This document shows, piece after piece, positions 18,031-26,570 of a stretch of DNA of 55,033 nucleotides. The notes below the pieces were generated by a model that saw only the letters and a program-made list of their open reading frames with translations, did no database searches and was not told the origin of the DNA. The stretch is from Bacteroidales bacterium. GTDB taxonomy: Bacteria; Bacteroidota; Bacteroidia; Bacteroidales; UBA7960. How positions within the stretch are numbered: position 1 is the stretch's first letter; each line of letters opens with the position of its first letter. A program made the position numbers and the translations under genes. Location of the stretch: contig JAWOCF010000114.1 in assembly GCA_046483935.1 (NCBI GenBank), forward strand, positions 1 through 55,033. Reading direction: 5' to 3'.

Positions 18031-18285
18031 ATGTCTAATACAGCAAATGCCGAAATAATTAAAAAAGTAGAAAACGTAATCGACCAAATTCGTCCATATC
18101 TTGAAGCAGACGGAGGGAACATCCGTTTTGTGAACCTGACCGATGATTTTGTTGTTAATGTTGAATTGCTGGGAGCCTGTGGCTCTTGCCCTATGAGCAC
18201 CATGACCCTGAAGTCGGGTGTTGAGCAAGCCATGAAGAAAGCCATCCCTGAAATCAAATCAGTAGAAGCCATTAACCTGCAGTAA
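18031..18285 (+). CDS. NifU-like (C-terminal domain) Fe-S assembly protein
   Basis: 84 aa with IRPYLEADGGNI...GACGSCPMS, the Nfu/NifU C-terminal CxxC motif. Confidence 0.8.
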   Translation: MSNTANAEIIKKVENVIDQIRPYLEADGGNIRFVNLTDDFVVNVELLGACGSCPMSTMTLKSGVEQAMKKAIPEIKSVEAINLQ

Positions 18286-18303
18286 CAGGTTGTAGGGTTC
18301 AGC

Positions 18304-18347
18304 AAAAGGTTGCCCCGGCTTTTGTGTCCGGGGCAACCTTTTTTTTT
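18304..18347. terminator. Bidirectional intrinsic terminator between the NifU-like gene and nadE
   Basis: Stem AAAAGGTTGCCCCGG (18304-18318) pairs with CCGGGGCAACCTTTT (18328-18342) around a 9-nt loop. It has an A-run 5' and a T-run 3', and sits in a convergent gap. Confidence 0.8.
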
Positions 18348-18410
18348 ATCAAAAAAAACAGCTAAGAAGAATCCTGAAGGATTTTATAGGAGGGAAAGAC
18401 AGGCCCAGGA

Positions 18411-20054
18411 TCAAAAATATTTTGCTGCCAGGGGCATCAGCCGCCCTGAACCGAAAGCCCTGGATGAGACTCTGAGGATTGGCGGAGCCTGCATTCTCTT
18501 ATATTCGCTGGCATTGACCATACGAATTACCCTGGCCACCAGGCCGGAATCATAGCCCGCAGCCACAATCTGCCCGGGCCCCATGTGCTGTTCAATATAC
18601 CTGAACAAGATGGCATCCAGCACCTCATACTCGGGCAGTGAATCAGTATCTTTCTGATCGGGCCGTAGTTCGGCCGAGGGAGGTTTCGTTAAAATATTCT
18701 CAGGGATCAGCGGTTGCAAGGTATTGATATACCTGGCCAGATCGTAAGCCTCAGTTTTGTAGACATCACCAATCACCGAGAGGCCTCCTGCCATATCACC
18801 ATATAAGGTTCCATACCCAACAGCAGCCTCGCTCTTGTTGCTGGTATTCAACACCATGGGGCCAAACTTATTGGATAACCCCATCAGCACCACAGCCCGC
18901 GCCCGGGCCTGCAGGTTTTCTTCGGCAATGCCGAAGGGTGTTTCTTTAAACCAGGGCTCCAGGGTCTGTTCGAGGGTTGAAACAATGGGATCGATGGATA
19001 TGGTATCATGTTTCACTCCCAGATTTTCTGCCAGCTGGAGTGCATCCTTCACCGAATGGTCGGTACTAAAGGGCCCTGGCATCAGCACGGCACGTACATT
19101 ATCATTTCCCAGGGCCTGCACGGCCAGCACCAGCACCAGGGCTGAATCCAGCCCGCCGGATAAACCCACGATTGCTTGCCTGATCCCCAGCTTGCTGAAA
19201 TAATTCCGGATACCCAGCACCAGGGCCTGGTGTATCAACCTGTTCTTTTGTTCAGCAGAAATGGTGGATGGCACCGTAGTGCCTTTGCCCTGAATTACCT
19301 GTTGCAGGTCATAGATCTTCAGCCCCGGGCTGAAAGGCTCGAAGGCTTCAACCAGGTTTCCAGAGGGATCAAATACTGCCGATCCGCCATCGAAGATCAG
19401 TTCAGCCTGTGCCCCGTATTGATTGACATAAAACAAAGGAAGTTTGTAATTGCGGGCATTTTCTGATACGGTGGCCATTCGTTCAACTACCCGGTTCCAT
19501 GAGAATGGTGATGCCGAGATATTGATCATCAGATCGGGCTGCTCCGTCATCATGAAATCCATCGGATTATGATCGTACAGTGGCTGTTGGTTTAGGTTCC
19601 AGATATCCTCGCAGATGGTCAGGGCAATTTTATGCCCCATAAAAGGGATGGTCTGGAAAGAGATAGCAGGCTCAAAATACCGGCCCTCATCAAATACGTT
19701 GTAGGTGGGCAGCAACCCTTTATGGTAAGTGTGAGCAATGCGTCCCTTCTCAAGAAAAAAAGCGGCATTATACAGTCTGTTTCCCTGCGGGCGGGGATTT
19801 GGATCAGGTCCGCCAACAATGGCGGCAATATTCTTACAATAAGTGGCTATTTCCTCTATTCCATCCCGGCATTGCTGCAAAAACTCCTCATAATACAGCA
19901 AATCCTTTGGGGGATAACCGCATATGGTGAGTTCGGAAAACACGACCAAATCAGCACCCGCCGACTCTGCCTGGCGGATGGTTTGAATAATCTGCCTGGT
20001 GTTTTCTTCAAAATGCCCTACATGTAAATTTATCTGGGCTAAAGCAATCCGCAT
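18411..20054 (-). CDS. nadE: Glutamine-dependent NAD+ synthetase
   Basis: N-terminal CN-hydrolase (glutaminase) domain plus a C-terminal synthetase domain with the PP-loop SGGLDS. Confidence 0.9.
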   Translation of the reverse strand: MRIALAQINLHVGHFEENTRQIIQTIRQAESAGADLVVFSELTICGYPPKDLLYYEEFLQQCRDGIEEIATYCKNIAAIVGGPDPNPRPQGNRLYNAAFFLEKGRIAHTYHKGLLPTYNVFDEGRYFEPAISFQTIPFMGHKIALTICEDIWNLNQQPLYDHNPMDFMMTEQPDLMINISASPFSWNRVVERMATVSENARNYKLPLFYVNQYGAQAELIFDGGSAVFDPSGNLVEAFEPFSPGLKIYDLQQVIQGKGTTVPSTISAEQKNRLIHQALVLGIRNYFSKLGIRQAIVGLSGGLDSALVLVLAVQALGNDNVRAVLMPGPFSTDHSVKDALQLAENLGVKHDTISIDPIVSTLEQTLEPWFKETPFGIAEENLQARARAVVLMGLSNKFGPMVLNTSNKSEAAVGYGTLYGDMAGGLSVIGDVYKTEAYDLARYINTLQPLIPENILTKPPSAELRPDQKDTDSLPEYEVLDAILFRYIEQHMGPGQIVAAGYDSGLVARVIRMVNASEYKRMQAPPILRVSSRAFGSGRLMPLAAKYF

Positions 20055-20066
20055 AAATTATCAGTC

Positions 20067-20741
20067 TTAAAACATCACGCCAAGGGTCAGCTCCAGATAG
20101 TTGGAAACAGCACTGTGCTTCGCGTTTGTGACCTGATTTCTTCCACTCAGAACATTGGTAAAACCATTATTGAACGTCAGGCCGCCCACCAGGGCGGTAC
20201 GTCCTCCCAGTGAATACTCAGCACCCACACCGATCACCAGTGCCAGCCGGAAAAAGGTCACGTCGCTTTTGATATCCACATCTTCCTGATCCGGCTCTTC
20301 TCCAGGGCGGAAAGTGTCGTCACCACGGGCTCTGATGTTCATCCCCGGGCTGAAGCCAAACTTCCCGTAATAAGTTAAATAGCCGATTTCCTGAGTATGC
20401 ATCTTCAGGGCAACCGGGATTTCCAGGTAGCGAAGCCTGTAAACTCTTTCCAGGAATCCTTCCTGCCCCTCCTCATTTACATGCTGATAAGACAGAGATC
20501 CCCCGAAACTGGAGATCTGTAACCCCCCGGCGAGGGCATAAAATTCACCCAGGCTGTATTCACCCACTATCCCATAGGATAGTCCAATCCTGATTCCTTC
20601 CGACTCGTAGCCCCGTGTTTCAGGACGCAACCATGCAATGGAGGGAGAAGCTTTCAATCCAAAACGAAAAGGTCCGTTGTTGGCAACCCCTGCCGGGATC
20701 AGCAAGAGGGCAATTAACGAGAACAACACAATTTTTTTCAT
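20067..20741 (-). CDS. Outer-membrane beta-barrel (porin family) protein
   Basis: Signal peptide MKKIVLFSLIALLLIPAGVA, alternating beta-strand pattern, and a C-terminal aromatic residue (...LGVMF). The start is placed at Met14 of the track ORF. Confidence 0.6.
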   Translation of the reverse strand: MKKIVLFSLIALLLIPAGVANNGPFRFGLKASPSIAWLRPETRGYESEGIRIGLSYGIVGEYSLGEFYALAGGLQISSFGGSLSYQHVNEEGQEGFLERVYRLRYLEIPVALKMHTQEIGYLTYYGKFGFSPGMNIRARGDDTFRPGEEPDQEDVDIKSDVTFFRLALVIGVGAEYSLGGRTALVGGLTFNNGFTNVLSGRNQVTNAKHSAVSNYLELTLGVMF

Positions 20742-20848
20742 AATTTTGACCTTTAATGTACGTACCTTGAGGAATAACAAAGAATGCGCCTATTTCATAT
20801 TTAACGTATGAATCAGCCTGTTGTTCATCATGACAAAAATAATTAAAA

Positions 20849-21877
20849 ATGAATCATTATTGCTGTATTAAATATTTTATTCACAGAGGCATCCTCTTTT
20901 TGATGTTTTTTTTACTGATTTTGTCCGGGTGCAGGCAAAAACCACAGTGGCAGGCCGATGTATCGGACATCAGCAGGCCGCAGCTCACCGTGAGCCGCTA
21001 CGAACAGGTACTTTTCACCCTCAACCCTTATACCCTTCGTCAGGACATCGAGCCTTTCATCGAAAAGTACTACTTCTTTCTGGGCGAAGCCATTGATACC
21101 CCTGAGGGCCAGCAACAGCTGTTTGAGTATGTTACCGACCCCTTCCTCAGGGAACTGTACCTGGATGTTCAGGCACAGTGGCCCGACACCCGGAGCCTGG
21201 AGGACGCCCTGAGTGAAGCCTTCCGCTACTATCGTTTTCATTTCCCTCAGGAGAACATCCCTGAGATCTTCACTTATGTTTCAGGAATAGACTATGACAT
21301 GCCGGTACTGTTTGCCAACGATCACCTGGTTATCGGGCTGGACAACTACCTGGGAGAGGACTATGAGAATTATGAACGCATTGGTGTCCCCCAATACATG
21401 AAGCACCGGCTCACTCCTGCACATGCTCCTGTTGATGCCATCAGAAGAATTGCACAAAGCCACCTCCAACAGCACGATTCCAGCCCGGAAACCCTTCTGG
21501 ATTTTATCATCTATGAAGGTAAATTATTGTATTTCCTTGACAGCATGTTTCCCCTGCATCATGACACCCTCAAGATGCCGTACACTGAGTCTCAGCTTAA
21601 ATGGATACAGAACAATGCAGGCCCCGTATGGGCTTATTACATCGAAAATGACATGTTCTACTCAACCGATCGGCAGATGATTAACAAGCATGTAGGACCA
21701 GCACCCTTTACGACAGCCTTTTCCGAGCAGTCGGCACCCCGAACCGGTGCCTGGCTGGGATGGCAGATCGTCAGGAAATATATGGATCGTCACTCGCAGG
21801 TGACCCTCCAGGAGTTGCTTCAGCAACAGGATGCCCGCAAGATTCTGAATGAATCAGGATACAGGCCTGGCCGCTGA
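20849..21877 (+). CDS. gldB: GldB-like gliding-motility lipoprotein (tentative)
   Basis: Lipobox LLILSGC. The size, the C-terminal GAWLGWQIVRKYM pattern and the position next to nadE agree with my recollection of Flavobacterium GldB. Not verified by alignment. Confidence 0.5.
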   Translation: MNHYCCIKYFIHRGILFLMFFLLILSGCRQKPQWQADVSDISRPQLTVSRYEQVLFTLNPYTLRQDIEPFIEKYYFFLGEAIDTPEGQQQLFEYVTDPFLRELYLDVQAQWPDTRSLEDALSEAFRYYRFHFPQENIPEIFTYVSGIDYDMPVLFANDHLVIGLDNYLGEDYENYERIGVPQYMKHRLTPAHAPVDAIRRIAQSHLQQHDSSPETLLDFIIYEGKLLYFLDSMFPLHHDTLKMPYTESQLKWIQNNAGPVWAYYIENDMFYSTDRQMINKHVGPAPFTTAFSEQSAPRTGAWLGWQIVRKYMDRHSQVTLQELLQQQDARKILNESGYRPGR

Positions 21878-22480
21878 TCAGGATTGTACCAGGTGGTTGG
21901 AATCTTCAATAATCTGTAGTATCTCATCGCGCCCCTGGCTTGTTTGGCTACTGCTGAGCACATAAGGGGGCACCGGATCCCATTGTTTAGCCAGTACCGA
22001 CATGTATTTCTGAACAGCGGCCTTCTGCTGCCCATGGGTCAGCTTATCAGCTTTTGTGAAAACGATGTAGAAAGGAACATGATTGCTGCCACACCATTCC
22101 AGAAACTCAAGGTCATTCTTCAGGGGTTCATGACGAATGTCGATCAACACAAAGGAACAAACCAGATTTTCCCGTTGAAGCAGGTAATTTTTGATCAGCC
22201 CTTCCCACTTTTTCTTGATTGCAACAGGTACTTTGGCAAAACCGAACCCGGGCAGGTCGGTTAAAAACCATGCCTGATTGATCAGGAAATGGTTGATCAA
22301 CTGAGTTTTTCCTGGCCTTGAGGAGATCTTGGCCAGTTTTGCTACATTGGTCAACATATTGATCAGCGAGGATTTACCAACATTTGAACGTCCCAAAAAA
22401 GCATACTCCGGGTATGCTTCATTAGGGCAGGCCAGATAAGTAGCTGAACTTTTTATAAATTCTGCAGAATGGATTACCAT
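21878..22480 (-). CDS. engB: Ribosome biogenesis GTP-binding protein YsxC/EngB
   Basis: G1 GRSNVGKSS, G3 DLPGFG and G4 TKADK motifs in a 200-aa protein. Confidence 0.9.
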   Translation of the reverse strand: MVIHSAEFIKSSATYLACPNEAYPEYAFLGRSNVGKSSLINMLTNVAKLAKISSRPGKTQLINHFLINQAWFLTDLPGFGFAKVPVAIKKKWEGLIKNYLLQRENLVCSFVLIDIRHEPLKNDLEFLEWCGSNHVPFYIVFTKADKLTHGQQKAAVQKYMSVLAKQWDPVPPYVLSSSQTSQGRDEILQIIEDSNHLVQS

Positions 22481-22548
22481 AAGATTAGGTCTTTTAACAG
22501 GAAATCAGCCAGTCATCAATCCGACCTGATCTCAAAAAGTTTAAACTT

Positions 22549-23487
22549 TTATTTTTGATCTAAATAGGTATTCACATGGCGCTCCTTCTTCCAGGGGAAA
22601 ATGTCATCTATAGTCACCAGGATACCTGTTTCCTCTACCCCTCCAAAATTATTATTCAGGGCGGTACCGAAGGTCTTCATAGAGGGGCTGAGCCCCATAT
22701 AGGAATTGATCAGTGGGGGAATATTTTCCTTCAGGCTTCTTACTGTCTGTGAAAGGATCTTGAGGTTTTCTTCTACTGTCTGTCCTGTAAACACCTGCTC
22801 GAGCTCCCCGAGGGGATAATGATAAGGCAATGGCTCGATGGGCCGAACCAGGTTATCAGGATCCGGGAAAAAACAGTTCAGGAAATACAGGATCAGGTCA
22901 CGCGCCTTTTGATTATAACTGGTGTACATGGTCACCTTCCCAAAAAAATATTTCACCTGCGGATAATCAATAATCAGCGCCCCCAGGCCATCCCACAGGT
23001 TATCCAACGAATAGATGCTCTTGCGGTTGTCGCGCGAGGGCTGATAAGCGGGTTGTACGAACGAGCGGCCCAGTTCAATGGTATCGGGCAGGTAATCTTT
23101 GATAAATGTGTCGGAAAAATGAAACAAGCCCCTGGTAGCGAGTTTGGGAGTATTGTCGGGTCCTTTTTCGGCTTTCGGGCAGAAGATAAAGCGGTATCCT
23201 CCAAGAATCTCTTCAGCCTGGGGGTCCCACACAATCAGCTGCTCATAAGGCACCGGGGCAGTATCATACTGATCAACATCCACCGATTTGCCCGTTCCCC
23301 CTCCGGCCATCCGGAACGACAGTTCGCGCAAACGCCCAATCTCTGCCATGACATTGGGTGCATTATGATTATTGATCACGTAAATAAGATTGTCGGCATT
23401 ATTGGTATGCCGTAAAAACCTGTCCGGGGTCAATTCTCCTTTCAGCAGAGCCCGATCCACAGGAGGAATAATATTAATCTCTTTCAT
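22549..23487 (-). CDS. GNAT-like N-acyltransferase of the OlsB/GlsB (hemolysin-like) family
   Basis: EIGRLRELSFRMAGGGTGKSVDVDQYD...LIVWD resembles the OlsB/GlsB-type N-acyl amino-acid synthase signature. It is paired with an acyltransferase immediately upstream. Confidence 0.65.
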   Translation of the reverse strand: MKEINIIPPVDRALLKGELTPDRFLRHTNNADNLIYVINNHNAPNVMAEIGRLRELSFRMAGGGTGKSVDVDQYDTAPVPYEQLIVWDPQAEEILGGYRFIFCPKAEKGPDNTPKLATRGLFHFSDTFIKDYLPDTIELGRSFVQPAYQPSRDNRKSIYSLDNLWDGLGALIIDYPQVKYFFGKVTMYTSYNQKARDLILYFLNCFFPDPDNLVRPIEPLPYHYPLGELEQVFTGQTVEENLKILSQTVRSLKENIPPLINSYMGLSPSMKTFGTALNNNFGGVEETGILVTIDDIFPWKKERHVNTYLDQK

Positions 23488-23516
23488 TTCTGTCAGGTGG
23501 TTATTGTTCTACTGAT

Positions 23517-24377
23517 TTACTTAGGCTTAAAAATCAGATTACCCTGGGGCAAAGTATAAACATGATCCTTAATTTTTTGCGCCCATTGCAGGTGCGACAA
23601 CTCACCTGTAAAGGTAGTACAGGAGATTGGTTTGCCAAAAGTAATGGTAATTTTTTTATTGCGTTGTTTGAACATTTCATTGGGCAGATACAACATCTCG
23701 ATGTTCATCTTTATGCCCAGTCTTTTTCTCCAGTTGGCCAGTGAATAGAAGAAATCAGAATTGTGGCCATCAATATGTACCGGGATGATATCCCGATGAT
23801 ATTTCACTGCCTTGGTCACAAAACTCTTCTGCCATTGCAGGTCCCTGATTTCACCTTTCTGGCGGCGGGAGACCAGCCCGGCAGGAAAAACCAGCACCAG
23901 GGAGTCTGATTCATACAGCTGCTCCAGCAAGGTGACCGCCTGGCGTGAATTGCGCCCATGCTTGTTGACTGGCACAAACAACTCCCTAAGGCTGTCGATT
24001 TCCATCAGCAGGTCATTGGAGAGAAACTTCAGATCTTTTCTTTTCTTTCCCAACACGTGCATCAGGGCCAGACCATCCAGACCTCCCAGGGGATGATTGG
24101 ATGCTAAGATGTAACGACCAGTATAAGGAACATTCTCAGGATTGACAATCCGGATATCAGGCCGAAACTCTTCGGCAAGAATGGTATTCACAAATTCCAG
24201 TCCCTGAAGATGGCCCAAACGATTCAAGGCCTCATTCACCTCGTCCTGATGAACTACATTTTCCAGATAACGAATCAGAAAACCCGGAATGAAGGGATAA
24301 ATTTTCTGGCCCCTCCGACGGAAAATTTCATCAACATTTATCAGATCATGAGGTTTATTTATAGGCTGAGTTTCCAT
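23517..24377 (-). CDS. Lysophospholipid/PlsC-type O-acyltransferase (GlsA/OlsA-like)
   Basis: Acyltransferase block NHPLGGLDG and FPAGLVSR motif. There is a 29-nt gap to the downstream N-acyltransferase. Confidence 0.65.
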   Translation of the reverse strand: METQPINKPHDLINVDEIFRRRGQKIYPFIPGFLIRYLENVVHQDEVNEALNRLGHLQGLEFVNTILAEEFRPDIRIVNPENVPYTGRYILASNHPLGGLDGLALMHVLGKKRKDLKFLSNDLLMEIDSLRELFVPVNKHGRNSRQAVTLLEQLYESDSLVLVFPAGLVSRRQKGEIRDLQWQKSFVTKAVKYHRDIIPVHIDGHNSDFFYSLANWRKRLGIKMNIEMLYLPNEMFKQRNKKITITFGKPISCTTFTGELSHLQWAQKIKDHVYTLPQGNLIFKPK

Positions 24378-24711
24378 GAAATTACAAAAGACGTGGTTAA
24401 TATATTAAACAGGCTTTGTGCTACTGAAAGCATGAGAAAACCCTTTTCAACAAACAAAAATAATTATAATAAGCGGAAAAATTCAAAAAGAACAACTTTC
24501 CCTCTGGGGCAATGGCCAGGAGATAATGCTAAAGGCAGTTGCTGGTACTCACCTCCAATTGTCATGTTTACAGGGAATAGTGGGAATAAAACATCCTGAT
24601 TCTAAAGAGTATAGATTTTGACGTTATTATTGTTATTGATTGATTTTCAGTCTCTTAACTAGAAAATTCAAAAGAATAAGGAACCAGCTGCCAGTAAAAG
24701 TTATCAACAAT

Positions 24712-24737
24712 GTGGTAGAAAGTGGTAGGAAGTGGTA
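24712..24737 (+). promoter_or_regulatory. MraZ operator: three direct GTGGTA repeats with 10-bp periodicity
   Basis: GTGGTAgaaa GTGGTAggaa GTGGTA begin at 24712, 24722 and 24732, ending 44 nt upstream of the mraZ ATG. This matches the known MraZ-box architecture of GTGG/TGGG-type direct repeats at 10-bp phasing. Confidence 0.7.
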
Positions 24738-24780
24738 AATTTTGACTTATATTTACAAATTAAAAACAATAAGTGGGCTC

Positions 24781-25257
24781 ATGACACAACTACTTGGAGA
24801 ATATGAATGTAAGGTTGATTCCAAGGGCCGTTTTGTTCTGCCAGCGGGTTTAAAAAAGCAGCTTTCCGCCGGCGACCAGGAACGGTTCGTGGTGAACCGT
24901 GGTTTTGAGAAAAACCTGACATTATATCCCGAGAGTGAATGGCAGAAAATTTCCCGTGAAATTAATTCTTTAAACCTGTACACCAAGAAAAACCGGGATT
25001 TTGTGCGCTACTTTTTTCGTGGTGCCACCGAATTATCAGTAGATGCAGCCAACCGCATCCTGCTGCCCAAAGCCCTTCTGGATTATCCCGGCATCCAGAA
25101 AGAGCTCATTCTTTTTGCCTATGGCCAGCGCATCGAGATCTGGGCAAAAGAAGAATACGTAAGCATGATGCAACAGGAGCCTGAAGATTTCTCCAGCCTG
25201 GCCGAGGAAGTAATGGGGAAGGCAAATAATACAACAGGAGGTGATCATGTATCATAA
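24781..25257 (+). CDS. mraZ: Transcriptional regulator MraZ
   Basis: Two SpoVT/AbrB-like halves carry DSKGRFVLPAGL and DAANRILLPKAL. The start is placed at MTQLLGEYECKVD (Met14 of the track ORF). Confidence 0.9.
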   Translation: MTQLLGEYECKVDSKGRFVLPAGLKKQLSAGDQERFVVNRGFEKNLTLYPESEWQKISREINSLNLYTKKNRDFVRYFFRGATELSVDAANRILLPKALLDYPGIQKELILFAYGQRIEIWAKEEYVSMMQQEPEDFSSLAEEVMGKANNTTGGDHVS

Positions 25258-26158
25258 TCCGGTCATGTTGGAAGAAAGCATCCAGGGTCTGAATATTGAC
25301 CCTGCCGGCACCTACGTGGATGTCACCTTTGGGGGTGGAGGGCATTCCAGGGCCATCCTGCAGCATCTTGATGATGGCCGTTTGGTGGCCTTCGACCAGG
25401 ATAAGGATGCCGAACAGAATCTTCCCGATGACCCAAGGATCACCTTTTTGAACTATAACTTCAGATACCTGCATAACTTTTTAAAGCTGCATGGCATACT
25501 GCCCGTAGATGGCATTTTGGCCGACCTGGGCGTTTCATCCTGGCAATTTGATCAGAGTGAACGAGGATTTTCTACGCGCTTTGCGGGACCCCTGGATATG
25601 CGTATGGACCGTAGCGCCGGAGTGTCAGCTCGGGAAGTGATTAATGAACATCAGGAGGAAGAGTTATCCAACATGTTCTTTCTATATGGCGAGTTGCGTC
25701 AGGCACGGAAAATTGCTGCCCGGATTGTTCGCGAACGCCAGCTCCAGCCCATTGCATCTACCACCGACCTGATGCGTATACTCGAACCCATCGCTCCGCG
25801 GGGTAAGGAGAACAAGTTTTTTGCACAGATATTCCAGGCCATCCGCATCGTGGTCAACCAGGAACTGGATGCCCTGAAGGAAATGCTGCTACAAAGTCAG
25901 GAAGTATTAAAACCAGGAGGCAGACTGGTGGTGATTTCCTACCATTCGCTGGAAGATCGTTTGGTAAAGAACTTCATGCGTTCAGGAAATTTTAAGGGAG
26001 AAATTGTAAAGGATTTTTACGGCAACCCTTTAACCCCCCTGGTGCCGGTAGGTAAAGCCATCGGTGCCAGTGAAGCGGAAAAAGCCATCAACAGCAGGGC
26101 CCGCAGTGCCAGGCTGCGGGTTGCTGAAAAAAGACGGGAGGATCATGTCAGCAAATAA
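25247..26158 (+). CDS. rsmH: 16S rRNA (cytosine1402-N4)-methyltransferase
   Basis: MYHNPVMLEE start with DVTFGGGGHS, ADLGVSSWQFD and ISYHSLEDR. An alternative GTG start lies at 25241. The gene overlaps the mraZ end. Confidence 0.92.
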   Translation: MYHNPVMLEESIQGLNIDPAGTYVDVTFGGGGHSRAILQHLDDGRLVAFDQDKDAEQNLPDDPRITFLNYNFRYLHNFLKLHGILPVDGILADLGVSSWQFDQSERGFSTRFAGPLDMRMDRSAGVSAREVINEHQEEELSNMFFLYGELRQARKIAARIVRERQLQPIASTTDLMRILEPIAPRGKENKFFAQIFQAIRIVVNQELDALKEMLLQSQEVLKPGGRLVVISYHSLEDRLVKNFMRSGNFKGEIVKDFYGNPLTPLVPVGKAIGASEAEKAINSRARSARLRVAEKRREDHVSK

Positions 26159-26555
26159 ATATAAAAAGCAACAAGAAGGAAATAACGGGAGCAAAAAAGG
26201 GGCCCTGACCGCCTTTGTGCAGTCGTTGCTGGATGGCAGCATCCTGGCGCGCGAAAACGTGACCGTGCTTTTGCCTTTCTTTTTGTACCTCACGGGGCTG
26301 GCCCTGCTGGTGATCTTCAACACTTATTATGCCGAGAAACAGGCACGGCAGATCGAAAAGACCCGAAAAGAAGTGGTTGAATTGCGCACCAGATATATCA
26401 ATACCAAATCAGATCTCATGTTCCTGAGCAACCAGTCGGAAATAGCACGTAAACTCAGGAGCCAAGGCTTCATTGAGTCAACCGAACCACCCCGGCTGGT
26501 GGAAGACATAGACGCTGATAAGAATATCTTTTACCGGTTATTTACCAGCAGATAA
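26145..26555 (+). CDS. ftsL: FtsL-like cell division protein
   Basis: It sits between rsmH and ftsI, with a single TM segment (VLLPFFLYLTGLALLVIF) followed by a coiled-coil-like segment. The start is placed at MSANKYK and overlaps the rsmH stop. Confidence 0.6.
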   Translation: MSANKYKKQQEGNNGSKKGALTAFVQSLLDGSILARENVTVLLPFFLYLTGLALLVIFNTYYAEKQARQIEKTRKEVVELRTRYINTKSDLMFLSNQSEIARKLRSQGFIESTEPPRLVEDIDADKNIFYRLFTSR

Positions 26556-26570
26556 AACCTACACTTTAGT

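Noticed and set aside
17733-18305. 190-aa minus-strand ORF spanning the mrp/apbC end and the NifU-like gene
   Set aside because: It is antisense to two well-supported genes and runs through their intergenic spacer, so it is an artefact.
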